In this document: positions 26,598 through 40,328 of the stretch, in pieces
Layout of the letters: each line of letters opens with the position of its first letter
Position numbering within the stretch: position 1 is the stretch's first letter
NCBI GenBank assembly: GCA_964016885.1
Contig: OZ024763.1
Span: 17,670,001 to 17,734,000 of the forward strand
Direction: 5' to 3'
From: Eledone cirrhosa
Lineage: Eukaryota
Length of the DNA: 64,000 bases
Notes under the pieces: generated by a model
Told to the model about the DNA's origin: nothing
Seen by the model: the letters and a program-made list of their open reading frames with translations, nothing else
Databases searched by the model: none
Position numbers and translations under genes: made by a program

Positions 26598-27601
26598 TGG
26601 TAATAATATTTGCTGCTAGTCGTAACAGCTACAAATTGAAGTACCATTCGAAACAATCATTTGTCATTTTTCTCGCTACTAAATTTACGATTGTTACTTG
26701 AATTTTATAGAGCTATGTATAAAACGTACCAATAGTTTCTAGTACCGATAACTAGGCAGTTTTATCTCGGAGCTCTTAATATTAATATGTCTTGTAAAGT
26801 TTTCCTATCTTTTGTCTTTTTCTTTCCTTTTCTTTCTGTGACCTCTCGAAAATTGGTTGGTTTTCATGTCGTTTACTGCCTGTTTGTTTTTATGTTAGGT
26901 CAAATATTTTGACAGCCGACACACGTCCATCTTTTTGCCCTCAACTAACCTTTAGGATTACAAAATATTTCTTCTATTAAGAGCGGCGCGCGTCTTCGGT
27001 CGTTTGAAGACATTTTATGCCGGGTTTGTGTGTGTTTTTTGTTGTTGTTTTTTTAATGTTTTGTTTTGTTCCTTGTTTATCTCTTTTGTTACAATTTTTT
27101 GTTTTGTTTTTGCTTTTGTTTTTTTTTCTTTATCTTTTTTTTTACATTTTTTTTATTGTTTTTATTTTGTTTTTTCAAATATATATTTTCTTGTCTTTTC
27201 ATTTTCATTTTATTTCATTTATTTTTCGCTGTTGTTTTTTGTTTCCCTTGTTTGTTAGTGTTTTTTTTTGTTTCTTTTAAGATGAAGATAAATTCTGCGT
27301 GTATCAATTTCATTAAAAATTCAAACCTTGATCAATCTATTTCCAATCATGATTTCAGTCGATAGTTCAGACATAAAACTAAATCTTTTGCTACTTTATA
27401 AAAAAGTTATGTAATCTCTGCAGATAAGAAAGTTGCTTTAATAAAGTCATTAAAGTGTTAGATATTTGGTTTGGTTCTCTCTTAAAGTGTTCTGGATTCA
27501 AACCCTGCCGAGGTCCCACTTTGCTGTTCGCTTGTCCTTTCTTTCTTTTTTTTTTAGGGGTAGGGGGTCGATAAAGAAAGTACTAGCCCTTATCCCCCCC
27601 C

Positions 27602-27632
<31 letters not shown>

Positions 27633-27674
27633 GTTTGGAGGGATGTCAGTAAAGAAAGTACCAGCCTGGTGCTC

Positions 27675-27705
<31 letters not shown>

Positions 27706-27747
27706 AGCTGTCACATCCTGGATATTCAAGAGAAAGAGGGCCGAGAG

Positions 27748-28200
27748 GTAGTAGTTGTAGAAGTAGTGGTGGTGGTGGTGGTGGTGGTGGTGGTAGTGGT
27801 GGTGGTGGTTTTGGTAGCAGTGGTGGTGGTGGTGGTGGTAGTAGTAGTGGTGGTGGTGGTAGTGGTGGTAGTAGTAGTGGTGGTGGTAGTAGTGGTGGTG
27901 GTTTTGGTAGCAGTGGTGGTGTTCATTGTGGTGGTGGTGGTGGTAGTAGAAGTAGTAGTGGTGGTGGTTTTGGTAGCAGTGGTGGTGTTCATTGTGGTGG
28001 TGGTAGTAGTAGTAGTGGTGGTGGTTTTGGTAGCAATGGTGGTGGTGGTGGTGGTGGTAGTAGTAGTAGTAGTGGTGGCGGTGGTAGTGGTGGCGGTAGT
28101 AGTAGTGGTGGTGGTAGTAGTGGTGGTGGTTTTGGTAGCAGTGGTGGTGTTCATTGTGGTAGTAGAAGTAGTAGTGGTGGTAGTGGTTTTGGTGGTGGTG

Positions 28201-28235
<35 letters not shown>

Positions 28236-28275
28236 GGTGGTGGTGGTGGTAGTAGTAGTGGTAGTAGTAGTAGAA
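27748..28275. repeat. (GTG/GTA)n tract
   Basis: Seen directly in the sequence. Confidence 0.92.
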
Positions 28276-28448
28276 CAACAATGGTGACAGTTATCCAAAA
28301 AGAAGAACAGGTCCACATCATTAGCTGCTATCAAGTCACAGGTTTTACTTCAGAGTTTTCCTCCTTCCCCTAGAATGAGGTCCTAACAAGAACTAGGGGC
28401 CCTTCACTGCTGGTCGGCTAACCACACACTCGGGTACCAAACTGAGTA

Positions 28449-28527
28449 TTGGGTCGTCAGGTATGAAATTTGTAGAAATGTGTTGTTTTTCCATAAATCG
28501 CTACAAATTTCATACTTGACGACCCAT
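28449..28527. mobile_element. ~80-bp mariner-type mini-MITE / hairpin
   Basis: 26-bp arms TGGGTCGTCAGGTATGAAATTTGTAG / CTACAAATTTCATACTTGACGACCCA with one mismatch, a 25-nt spacer and TA flanks. Confidence 0.7.
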
Positions 28528-28545
28528 ATATATATATTCCTATCT

Positions 28546-29039
28546 GCAGTTTTTAATAAGAAGAGTTGAAATGAATGCATGCAAGATTTCACAGCTCTAG
28601 CATCACTGCTTCATAGGCTGTCCAAGATACTCTCATGGAATGACCAAATGAGGGTGTTTTTTTCAACATAGTCCCTGAAAAGAAACAATGCAGTTATTAA
28701 TAAGAAGAGTTGGAATTAATGCATGCAAGATTTCACAGCTCTAGCATCACTGCTTCATAGGCTGTCCAAGATACTCTCATGGAATGACCAAATGAGGGTG
28801 TTTTTTTCAACATAGTCCCTGAAAAGAAACAATGCAGTTATTAATAAGAAGAGTTGGAATTAATGCATGCAAGATTTCACAGCTCTAGCATCACTGCTTC
28901 ATAGGCTGTCCAAGATACTCTCATGGAATGACCAAATGAGGTTTTTTTTTTCAACATAGTCCCTGAAAAGAAACAATGCAGTTATTAATAAGAAGAGTTG
29001 GAATTAATGCATGCAAGATTTCGCAGCTCTAACATCACT
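28546..29039. repeat. 144-bp tandem repeat x3.4
   Basis: GCAGTT starts at 28546, 28690, 28834 and 28978; units are near-identical. Confidence 0.95.
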
Positions 29040-29077
29040 CATTCTTAGTCAGCCTATGAACATTTCCGCTTACCCTC

Positions 29078-30121
29078 GTACATACGTACATACATATATA
29101 CAAACATACATAACTACATACAAGCATACACACATACATACAGCCATATATACATACATACACACATACAAATTTATAGACATACATGCACACATACATA
29201 CATACATACATACGTATATACACACACATACACATACATGCATACACATTTACATAGACACATCAATTAATAGACATACATACATGCATACACACATACA
29301 TACATACATATACACACACATGCACATACATACATACATATACACATCAATACATACATGTCTACATATATACATACATCTCTACATACATACATGTATA
29401 CATACATACATACATACATACATACATACACACATTCATACATACATATACATATACACACATACATACATGTATACATACATACATACACACATTCATA
29501 CAAACATACACACATACATACACACATACATACATACACACATACTCATACATACATACACACATACATACACACATACTCATACATACATACACACATA
29601 CATACATACATACATACATACATACATACATACATACATACACACATTCATACATACATATACATATACACACATACATACATGTATACATACATACATA
29701 CACACATTCATACAAACATACACACATACATACATACATACACACATACTCATACATACATACACACATACAGGCATACATACATACATACATACATACA
29801 TACACACATACACACATACACACATTCATACATACGTATACATATACACACATACATACATGTATACATACACACATTCATACAAACATACACACATTCA
29901 TACAAACATACACACATACATACATACACACATACTCATACATACATACATACATACATACATACACACACACATACATACACACACTCATACATACATA
30001 CATACACACATACAGGCATACATACATACATACATATATAAAAAAATATACTCGAAATTAAGAGAAAGAGATACATACATACATACATACATACATACAT
30101 ACATACATACATACATACATA
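29078..30121. repeat. (TACA)n/(CA)n degenerate microsatellite
   Basis: Seen directly in the sequence. Confidence 0.95.
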
Positions 30122-30571
30122 CAAATAAAAACTGCCACCAAATTAAAGCACAACCGGCCTGATATTGTAGTTTGGGACCACACATTGAAAACGTGTTCTG
30201 TTGTGGAGATCAGCTGCCCACTTGATGTAAACGTTGTCAGAAAAATACAGGAGAAGGGGGACATCTACGGACCATTGATGAGGAGCTTACAAATCCAGTA
30301 TCCAAGATACACCTTTAGCTTCATACCCATCATTATTGGTGCTACGGGTTATATACCAACCCGCTTGGACCAAAGTATGACCGAACTTGGATTTGCGGAC
30401 AAAAAGCGCAGCTCCCTAATTCATAGTCTACAAATGGCTGCGATAGCTGGCACCTTCAAAATATGCAAAACATTCTTGCGATTCAAGGGATGACAATTTC
30501 TTTTCTTTTACAACCTTGCCACCAGGAAGGTGGCCGGTCAAAAAAATATACTCGAAATTAAGAGAAAGAGA
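30122..30571 (+). mobile_element. R4/Dong-like non-LTR retrotransposon 3' end (REL endonuclease)
   Basis: Open frame KHNRPDIVVWD...CSVVEISCPLDVNVVRKIQEKGDIYGPL...IPIIIGATG to stop 30493; short 3' UTR; flanked by (TACA)n/(CA)n. Confidence 0.8.
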
Positions 30572-31674
30572 AAACATACATAAACACACACACTCATACA
30601 CACACACTCATACACACACACACACAAACACACACACACAAACACACACTCATACACACACACTCATACACACACACTCATACACACACACTCATACACA
30701 CACACTCACACACACACACACACACATAGAGGCAGACATATTATATTAGATCACAGTTTTATTTAAAATCATGCCACAAAACAGAAGACATGGTTTTTTT
30801 TGACACCTTGAATACCTACCTACTTTGGCAGTATGATCAAAGCTTGACTACACTGTTGTGGAAAATGTTAATACATTGGTATTTTGTAGTGAAATCTACT
30901 GTGAATAGATGCAAAGACATTTAAAGAAATTTACAAACAGATTTGATAAGTTTCAGTTCAATGGCTAACTTCATTCTTCTGTTTTATGTGTGGCGTGTTG
31001 AAGGAAGGAACGAAAAAACTAAATATTTAAATCTAAAAATAGACGCATAGAAGTTAAGTTTAGGAATGAATTCTCTGTCTGTGTCTGTCTATAGATGATA
31101 GTATCAGAGACATTGAATTGGTTGGAGTTGTTAGAACGTCTGAAAGAATGGTTTGTGGTATTCATTCCTGGCCCTCTGATACCCAACTGCCTGAAACTTC
31201 CCGTGGTTATCATCATCATCATCATCATATCCATTTATCAAGCTATCATGGGTTGGATGGGCTCTACCTTTGTGAAAGATCAGGTCAGACGACCGTGTTT
31301 TACTCACACAGAACTGACTCTGGCTTGGTTTCTACGGCTGGATGCCCTTCCTAACACCAACCACATTTACAGTGTGGACTGGGTGCTTTTTGTCATGGTG
31401 TTTATATTTATGGAAGGTGGTAGGAATTCTTTGTATGTCTACAGATAGTAGCAGAGACATTGAATTGGTTGGAGTTGTTAGAATGTCAGATATAATGTTT
31501 TGTGATATTTATTCCTGGCTCTCTGGTACTCAACTGCCTGAGACCTCCATCTTGGTTCTCATCATCATAATGTCCATTTACCAAGCTAGCATGGGTAGAA
31601 TGGGTTGTACCTTTGTGAAAGATCAGAACTGATTTTGGCTTGGTTTCTATGGCTGGATGTCCTTCCTAACACCA

Positions 31675-33557
31675 ACCACATTTACAGTGTGGACTAGGTG
31701 CTTTTTGTCGTGACACCTACACGACCACTTTACAGTGTGGACTGGGAGCTTTTTGTTGTGACACCTACACGACCACTTTACAGTGTGGACTGGGTGCTTT
31801 TTGTTGTGACACCTACATGACCACTTTACAGTGTGGACTGGGTGCTTTTTGTTGTGACACCAACATGACCACTTTACAGTGTAGACTGGGTGCTTTTTGT
31901 TGTGACACCTACATGACCACTTTACAGTGCGGACTGGGTGATTTTTGTTGTCTCTCCTACATGACCACTTTACAGTGTAGACTAGGTGCTTTTTGTCGTG
32001 ACACCTATATGACCACTTTACAGTGTGGACTGGGAGCTTTTTGTTGTGACACCTACATGACCACTTTACAGTGCGGACTGGGAGCTTTTTGTTGTGACAC
32101 CTACACGACCACTTTACAGTGTGGACTGGGTGCTTTTTGTTGTGACACCTACATGACCACTTTACAGTGTGGACTGGGAGCTTTTTGTTGTGACACCTAC
32201 ATGACCACTTTACAGTGTGGACTGGGAGCTTTTTGTCGTGACACCTACACGACCACTTTACAGTGTGGACTGGATGCTTTTTGTTGTGACACCTACATGA
32301 CCACTTTACAGTGCGGACTGGGTGATTTTTGTCGTGACACCTACACGACCACTTTACAGTGTGGACTGGATGCTTTTTGTCGTGACACCTACACGACCAC
32401 TTTACAGTGTGGACTGGGTGCTTTTTGTTGTGACACCTACACGACCACTTTACAGTGTGGACTGGGTGCTTTTTGTTGTGACACCAACATGACCACTTTA
32501 CAGTGTAGACTGGGTGCTTTTTGTTGTGACACCTACATGACCACTTTACAGTGCGGACTGGGTGATTTTTGTTGTCTCTCCTACATGACCACTTTACAGT
32601 GTAGACTGGGTGCTTTTTGTTGTGACACCTACATGACCACTTTACAGTGCGGACTGGGTGATTTTTGTTGTGTCTCCTACATGACCACTTTACAGTGTGG
32701 ACTGGATGCTTTTTGTTGTGACACCTACATGACCACTTTACAGTGTAGACTGGGTGATTTTTGTTGTGACACCTACACGACCACTTTACAGTGTGGACTG
32801 GGTGCTTTTTGTTGTGTCTCCTACACGACCACTTTACAGTGTGGACTGGGTGCTTTTTGTTGTGACACCAACATGACCACTTTACAGTATGGACTGGGAG
32901 CTTTTTGTTGTGTCTCCTACACGACTACTTTACAGTGTGGACTGGGTGTTGTTTGTCGTGACACCTACACGACCACTTTACAGTGTGGACTGGATGCTTT
33001 TTGTTGTGACACCTACATGACCACTTTACAGTGCGGACTGGGTGATTTTTGTTGTCTCCTACATGACCACTTTACAGTGTGGACTGGATGCTTTTTGTTG
33101 TGACACCTACATGACCACTTTACAGTGTAGACTGGGTGATTTTTGTTGTGACACCTACACGACCACTTTACAGTGTGGACTGGGTGCTTTTTGTTGTGAC
33201 ACCTACATGACCACTTTACAGTGTAGACTGGGTGCTTTTTGTTGTGACACCTACATGACCACTTTACAGTGCGGACTGGGTGATTTTTGTTGTCTCTCCT
33301 ACATGACCACTTTACAGTGTAGACTGGGTGCTTTTTGTTGTGACACCTACATGACCACTTTACAGTGCGGACTGGGTGATTTTTGTTGTGTCTCCTACAT
33401 GACCACTTTACAGTGTGGACTGTATGCTTTTTGTTGTGACACCTACATGACCACTTTACAGTGTAGACTGGGTGATTTTTGTTGTGACACCTACACGACC
33501 ACTTTACAGTGTGGACTGGATGCTTTCTGTCATGACACCTACACGACCACTTTACAT
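31675..33557 (-). repeat. 48-bp tandem array (~39 copies) inside an RTE-tail element
   Basis: Unit ACCACTTTACAGTGTGGACTGGGTGCTTTTTGTTGTGACACCTACATG, the reverse complement of the 8825-10965 subunit. Confidence 0.95.
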
Positions 33558-34058
33558 TGGGTGCTGTTGTCATGGTGTTTATATTTATGGAAGGTGTGGA
33601 ATAGGTAGAGGCAATAGAACATTGGATAGAATTATTTACGGTATTCATTGCGTCCCTCTGTGATCTGAATTCAAATGCTTTGCAGCATCCATTCTGTGTT
33701 CAAAAGCCACCAAAGTCCACTTTGCCACTTTTTCACTCCTCTACAGGTTGATAAAATAAAGTACCAGTGTCATACTGGGGTTGATTTAATCAACTTTGCT
33801 ATTCTCCAATATTGGTAGAGCCTTTTATGTTCTGAGTTCAAATCCCACCGAGGTTAGTTTTACCTTTACAAGGGTTGATAAAATAAAGTACCAGTGTCAT
33901 ACTGGCGTTGATTTAATCAACTTTGCTATTCTCCAATATCTTTATGGTCGTTTATGTTCCGAGTTCAAATCCCACCAAGGTCAAATTTGCTTTTCTTCCT
34001 TTCAAGGGTCAACAAAAAAGTCCCAGTTTAGTACTGGAGTCGATTCTTCCTCTCACAC

Positions 34059-34121
<63 letters not shown>

Positions 34122-34146
34122 CACTCTCTTCTCTTTACCCTCTCTT

Positions 34147-34191
<45 letters not shown>

Positions 34192-34459
34192 TCTCCCTCT
34201 CTTTCATTCTCTTTCCTCTTTTCTTCCTTACTCTCCCATTCTCTATGACTCCCCTTTTCTCTCTCTTTCTCTTCTTTTATCTCTTCCCTACCCTCCCCCT
34301 ACCTCACACTCCCCCTTTTCTCCTTCGCTCTCTCCTCACTCTCTCCCTCTCTCCCCACTCTCTCCCTCTCTCTAATATCTACACTATTTCCTTAATAGTC
34401 TATTTCTTTACTTTTCTTGTTTCACTTTCACTGCCCCCTCCCCCCCTAACTGATTATTC

Positions 34460-34510
<51 letters not shown>

Positions 34511-34644
34511 CCCACTACAATTTCTTAATCCTTAATCTCTCTGCCCCTTTTTTCTAAAAGCTTTCTTACTTAATCTACTTACTCAGCCATGATTGCCTGT
34601 TTTTTATATAACCCCCAGATGAGGGATTGTTACATTGTTATATG

Positions 34645-34647
34645 CAT

Positions 34648-34680
<33 letters not shown>

Positions 34681-34701
34681 CACAAACACACATATACACA
34701 A

Positions 34702-34732
<31 letters not shown>

Positions 34733-34805
34733 TATATACACACACACACACATACACACACACACACATATATACACACACATACACACATATATACACA
34801 CACAT

Positions 34806-34836
<31 letters not shown>

Positions 34837-35250
34837 TACACACACATATATACACATACATACACACATATATACACACACACACACATACACACACATA
34901 CATACACACACACATACATACACACACACATACACACACACACATATACACACATATACATACACACATACACACATACACACACACATACACACACACA
35001 CATATCCACACACACATACACACACACAAACATACACAAACATACACACACATACACATACACGCACACACATACACACACACACATACACACACACACA
35101 TATACACACACATACACACACACATACACACAAACACACACACATACACACACAAACATACACACACATACACATACACGCACACGCGCACACACACACA
35201 CACATATATATATATATAAAGAGAAAGAGAGAGAGAGAGAGCACACACTC
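34645..35250. repeat. (CA)n/(CATA) microsatellite
   Basis: Seen directly in the sequence. Confidence 0.95.
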
Positions 35251-35297
35251 ACACAGATATGTATGTATGGTTATATTTTGAGATGATCATATTGCTA

Positions 35298-35334
<37 letters not shown>

Positions 35335-35349
35335 ATGTATATATATATA

Positions 35350-35384
<35 letters not shown>

Positions 35385-35626
35385 CATCATCATCGTCGTT
35401 TAACATGTTTATACCACGTTAGCATGGGTTAGACAGGAATTGTCCCATTTGAGGCAAGATTGATCGGGTGACCATGTCTCGCTTGTATAGGACAGTATCT
35501 GGCAGGCTTTCTACGGCTGGATGCCCTTCCTAACACCAACCACATTTACAGTGTCGACTGGGAGCCTTTTACCATGTCACCTACACGACCACTTTACAGT
35601 GTGGGCTATATATATATATGTATGCA

Positions 35627-35694
<68 letters not shown>

Positions 35695-35697
<3 letters not shown>

Positions 35698-35997
35698 AAT
35701 AAAGTTAAATAAAAGTCAAATGATTAAAATTTAGCTTCGTTTATTACTGCTATATATATTTCAGTGACAGCCATCTTTGGCTGTGACCTCTTCAGGCAGT
35801 TTGAATTAGTGTGGTATAGACAAGTACATATGTTGTTTAGGTGTATAATATTGTCAATACTCTGATATGCCCAGTTCCTTGTTGGGTTGTTAATTCACTG
35901 GGGAACTGGAGTCATATGAATTCAAACAAACGAATTTCAGTGTCAAAGGTCCCCTTCTCCTCTCATTGGTCAGTATACAACCAACATAAACTTAAAA

Positions 35998-36000
<3 letters not shown>
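35695..36000 (-). mobile_element. Short hammerhead-bearing Penelope-like element in (TA)n
   Basis: About 305 bp unique block between two (TA)n tracts; AATAAA directly follows stem I on the minus strand. Confidence 0.55.
35746..35800 (-). ncRNA. Type I hammerhead ribozyme
   Basis: Minus strand reads ACTGC-CTGAAGA-GGTCACAGCC(aaagat)GGCTGTCACT-GAAA-TATATA-TA-GCAGT. Canonical core, 5-bp stem I. Confidence 0.85.
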
Positions 36001-36056
<56 letters not shown>

Positions 36057-36119
36057 AAGTCGCAAGAACTCATAAGAGTCAACGGCCATCCAAAAGTGTG
36101 TAAATATGTATATACACAT

Positions 36120-36368
36120 GTACCAGCGGTTAAACCACTGGGAGTGAAGGACCCCTAGACTTTGTCAGGGCATTCTTCTAGGAGAAGGCAACTCAGGAAA
36201 CTGGGATAACTCCGATATAAAACCTGCGGCTCAGTAGTTACCGATGATGTTGATCTCTTCTTCTTTTCGGGTTATAGCTACTGTCGCTCAGAGAGTGGGA
36301 TTGGCTCAGTGCACAGTCTTTCCTCACTTTAAAAAATATCTTCATGCACAGGAATTGCACGATAGCAT
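36120..36368 (+). mobile_element. RTE 5'UTR-like non-autonomous fragment
   Basis: AGGGCA....TCTAGGAGAAGGCAACTC...ATAAAACC resembles the conserved RTE 5'UTR motif; a degenerate reverse copy lies near 28350-28400. Confidence 0.4.
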
Positions 36369-36456
36369 TAATTAATTGTTTCTACTTTATATACACATAT
36401 ACATATATATATATATACATATATATATATACACATATACATATAAATATATACAC

Positions 36457-36505
<49 letters not shown>

Positions 36506-36586
36506 CACACACATATATATATACACATATACATATATATATATATACATATATATATATACACATATACATATATATATATACAC

Positions 36587-36657
<71 letters not shown>

Positions 36658-36693
36658 TATATATACACATATACATATATATATATATATAAA

Positions 36694-36862
36694 TAATTGT
36701 TTCTACTTTAGGCACAAGGCCAGCAATTACCCAGTGCATTACTGGTATTTTATTTTATCGACCCAGTAAGGATGAAAGGCAAAGTCAACCTCGGCGGGAT
36801 TTGAACTCGGATCGTAAAGGGACGTAACTGTGCTGGAAAGCATGGCGTCCGACCCTCTCCCG
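36694..36862 (-). mobile_element. SINE family A
   Basis: Reverse-complement match to the family. Confidence 0.85.
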
Positions 36863-37067
36863 AATTAATAATGGTATATCATGCAATCGCCATACTCAAT
36901 AACGAGGGGGCAGCCATCATATATATATATAGCAAGAGAGAGAGAGAGTCTGCAGTGCTTATACCAAGGAGACCACTAATCATGGGAGCACTCAATGGGG
37001 AAATGTAGAGTGGATATAGAGATACTATAAAATTACGTTGGAATATTTTAATCTAAATTGGAAACCT

Positions 37068-38564
37068 TTAACCCTTTAACATTTAAACTGGCCATATGCG
37101 CCAGAATTCTTTCACCTCTTTCTGTTCAAACCAGCTGTAATCAGCCACTCATACTAATGTTAAGGTATTGTTCTCAAAATAAATAATATCAAAATCTCTC
37201 AAGATATTTATGTGAGGTAAAGTGTTTACTATGAAAATACAATAGTATATATAGAGTAATGTGAATGTTATGTGAGATATTATGTAAGGTAAAGCCTTTA
37301 CTGTGGAAATATAATAGTATATATAGAGTAATGTAAATGGTATGTGAGATAATTATGTGAGGTAAAGCCTTTACCATGAAAATATAATAGTATATATAGA
37401 GTAATGTAAATGTTATGTGAGATATTATATGAGGTAAAGCCTTTACTGTGAAAATATAATAGTATATATAGAGTAATGTAAATGTTATGCGAGATATTAT
37501 GTGAGGTAAAGCCTTTACTGTGAAAATACAATAGTATATATAGAGTAATGTAAATGTTATGTGAGATATTATGTGAGGTAAAGCCTTTACTGTGAAAATA
37601 CAATAGTATATATAGAGTAATGTAAATGTTATGTGAGATATTATGTAAGGTAAAGCCTTTACTGTGGAAATATAATAGTATATATAGAGTAATGTAAATG
37701 TTATGTGAGATATTATGTGAGGTAAAGCCTTTACTGTGAAAATACAATAGTATATATAGAGTAATGTAAATGTTATGTGAGATATTATGTAAGGTAAAGC
37801 CTTTACTGTGGAAATATAATAGTATATATAGAGTAATGTAAATGTTATGTGAGATATTATATGAGGTAAAGCCTTTACTGTGAAAATACAATAGTATATA
37901 TAGAGTAATGTAAATGTTATGTGAGATATTATGTGAGGTAAAGCCTTTACCATGAAAATATAATAGTAAATATAGAGTAATGTAAATGTTATGTGAGGTA
38001 AAGCCTTTACCGTGAAAATACAATAGTATATATTGAGTAATGTAAATGTTATGTGAGATATTATGTAAGGTAAAGCCTTTACTGTGGAAATATAATAGTA
38101 TATATAGAGTAATGTAAATGTTATGTGAGATATTATGTGAGGTAAAGCCTTTACTGTGGAAATATAATAGTATATATAGAGTAATGTAATTGTTATGTGA
38201 GATATTATGTGAGTTAAAGCCTTTACTGTGGAAATATAATAGTAAATATAGAGTAATGTAAATGTTATGTGAGATATTATGTGAGGTAAAGCCTTTACTG
38301 TGACAATACAATAGTATATATAGAGTAATGTAAATGTTATGTGAGATATTATGTGAGGTAAAGCCTTTACTGTGGAAATACAATAGTATATATAGAGTAA
38401 TGTAAATGTTATGTGAGATATTATGTGAGGTAAAGCCTTTACTGTGGAAATACAATAGTAAATATAGAGTAATGTAAATGTTATGTGAGATATTATGTGA
38501 GGTAAAGCCTTTACTGTGGAAATACAATAGTAAATATAGAGTAATGTAAATGATAAAGGGTTAA
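37068..38564 (+). mobile_element. piggyBac-type MITE with expanded 59-bp array
   Basis: TTAA-CCCTTTAACATT...AATGATAAAGGG-TTAA; about 23 internal units. Confidence 0.8.
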
Positions 38565-38639
38565 AATGGGTTGTTTTATTTCATAGAACCAGAGCCAGTT
38601 TTTAGCCGGATTGGTAACTAAAGGATTAAACGAGCATGG

Positions 38640-38670
<31 letters not shown>

Positions 38671-40295
38671 GCCTTACACTGTTTGTTTTTTTTTGTTTGT
38701 TTTGTTTTTTTGGAGGGGGCGGGGGCATTTTACTAAAAAAAAACTTTTTCCAAAATCCAACATCAAATTGAAACCCAAAGATGGTATATTTTTGTATTTT
38801 ATTAGAAGTCTGGACACAAAACATCTAATCAGATATAATCAGAATTGGCTTTTGGGTGGGGCGAAGTGAGAGAAGGGGAGGTGTTGGGCTTTTTTTTATG
38901 TTTTGTTTTGAAATCTTATCAGAAATAGGATTCCTTTTTTTTTTGTTTTTGTTTTTTTTAGTCTTTGTTGTTGTTGTTGTTTTTCCGGTCCATGGTACCA
39001 GTGAACACAGTTGGAATTAATCCAAGTATGGCGAATGAAGTGGAAAAAACACACCAAAAAAAAAATATATACCCATACACAAAAAATCAACAAAAACAAC
39101 AACAAATATTTAATTGGTATAGAAAGAAAATTACGATGAAATCAATAACAAAATAACAACAAAAATAAAATAATAGTAATAATAAAAACAAATAATAATA
39201 ATACTGATAATGATAATATTGATAACGATAATAATAATATTGATAATGATAATATTGATAATGGTAATAATTGTTTCTACTTTTGGCACAAGGCCAGCAA
39301 TTATCCCATGGTAATAATGATAATGATTTCTACTTTTGGCACAAAGCCAGCAATTACCCAGTGTATTACTGGTACTTTATTTTATCGACCCCTTTATTGG
39401 CCACAAGGGCCGACATGAAGATGGTGGTGGTGAAGATGGTGGTGATGATAATGGTGATGGTGGTGATGGTGGTGATGAAGATTGTGGTGGTGATGATGAT
39501 GATGGTGATGATAATAATGGTGATGGTGATGATGATAATCATTATTATTAAATTTACCAGGATATTTATCAAAATTAAAAGGAAAAAATATAGAAACCAC
39601 TATCCTACCCCCTATTCACTCCCACCTCCCCCTCCATAAAAGACACAACCCTCCTACCCCCTCCTCTCTCCCATCACCTCCTCCCCCCAAAAAAAGAAAC
39701 CATCATCCTACCCCCTATTCACTCCCACCTCCCCCTCCATAAAAGACACAACCCTCCAACCCCTTACTCTCTACCCCCCCCCCCAAAGAAACCATCCTCT
39801 CCCTCCCCCCAAAAGAAACAATCCTCCCCTTCCTCCTTACCCTACTCCTTCTCCTTCCCAGACACCCCCACCCACCAAGAAAACCATTTTTAAAAAAAAA
39901 CCAACGAAAGAGAAACTTTTTCTCCAAATGAATCCTTTTTATGCACCAAAAAAAAAAAAAAAAAGGGGGTGAGGTGTGGTGTGCGGAGGGGGGAGAGGAA
40001 ATAGTTTGGTTTTGTGTTTATTTCATCAAGCTGTATAAACCACAATACATTGCAGTACACTATAATAAACCAGAGCAGCAGAAACATCAATACCAGAGGT
40101 GGGAGAAGCGAACGTTTGTTGGACGTACTAATGTCTTTTTGCAGTGTTAGCTTTTCTTATCAGACAGTAATAAAAAAAAAAATAATTATAATATAAAAAA
40201 CTAAAAAGTAAAAAAAAATTAAATAAAATAAATAAATAAATAAAGCAAATCCGCAAATAATTCTACTCCTACTTATAGTAATTCTCAATGATGTC

Positions 40296-40328
40296 ATTAA
40301 AAGTCTGATGCTCTACCAACTGAGCTAT
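40296..40328 (-). pseudogene. tRNA-Lys(UUU) 5'-half fragment
   Basis: Minus strand ATAGCTCAGTTGGTAGAGCATCAGACTTTTAAT matches the D-arm and anticodon loop of metazoan tRNA-Lys(UUU) as I recall it, with one difference. No acceptor stem or T-arm. Confidence 0.8.

Noticed and set aside
26890-27025. Possible exon after TTATGTTAG with a CpG-rich patch
   Set aside because: Stops occur in all three plus frames and no recognisable protein motif is present.
30770-30990. Possible decayed hAT transposase fragment (…LKKFTNRFDKF)
   Set aside because: Similarity is too weak to support by eye.
31817-33608. Cys-rich repetitive 428-aa ORF; CRISPR-like periodicity
   Set aside because: A 48-bp tandem repeat from a retroelement tail, with no unique spacers or cas genes, in a eukaryotic context.
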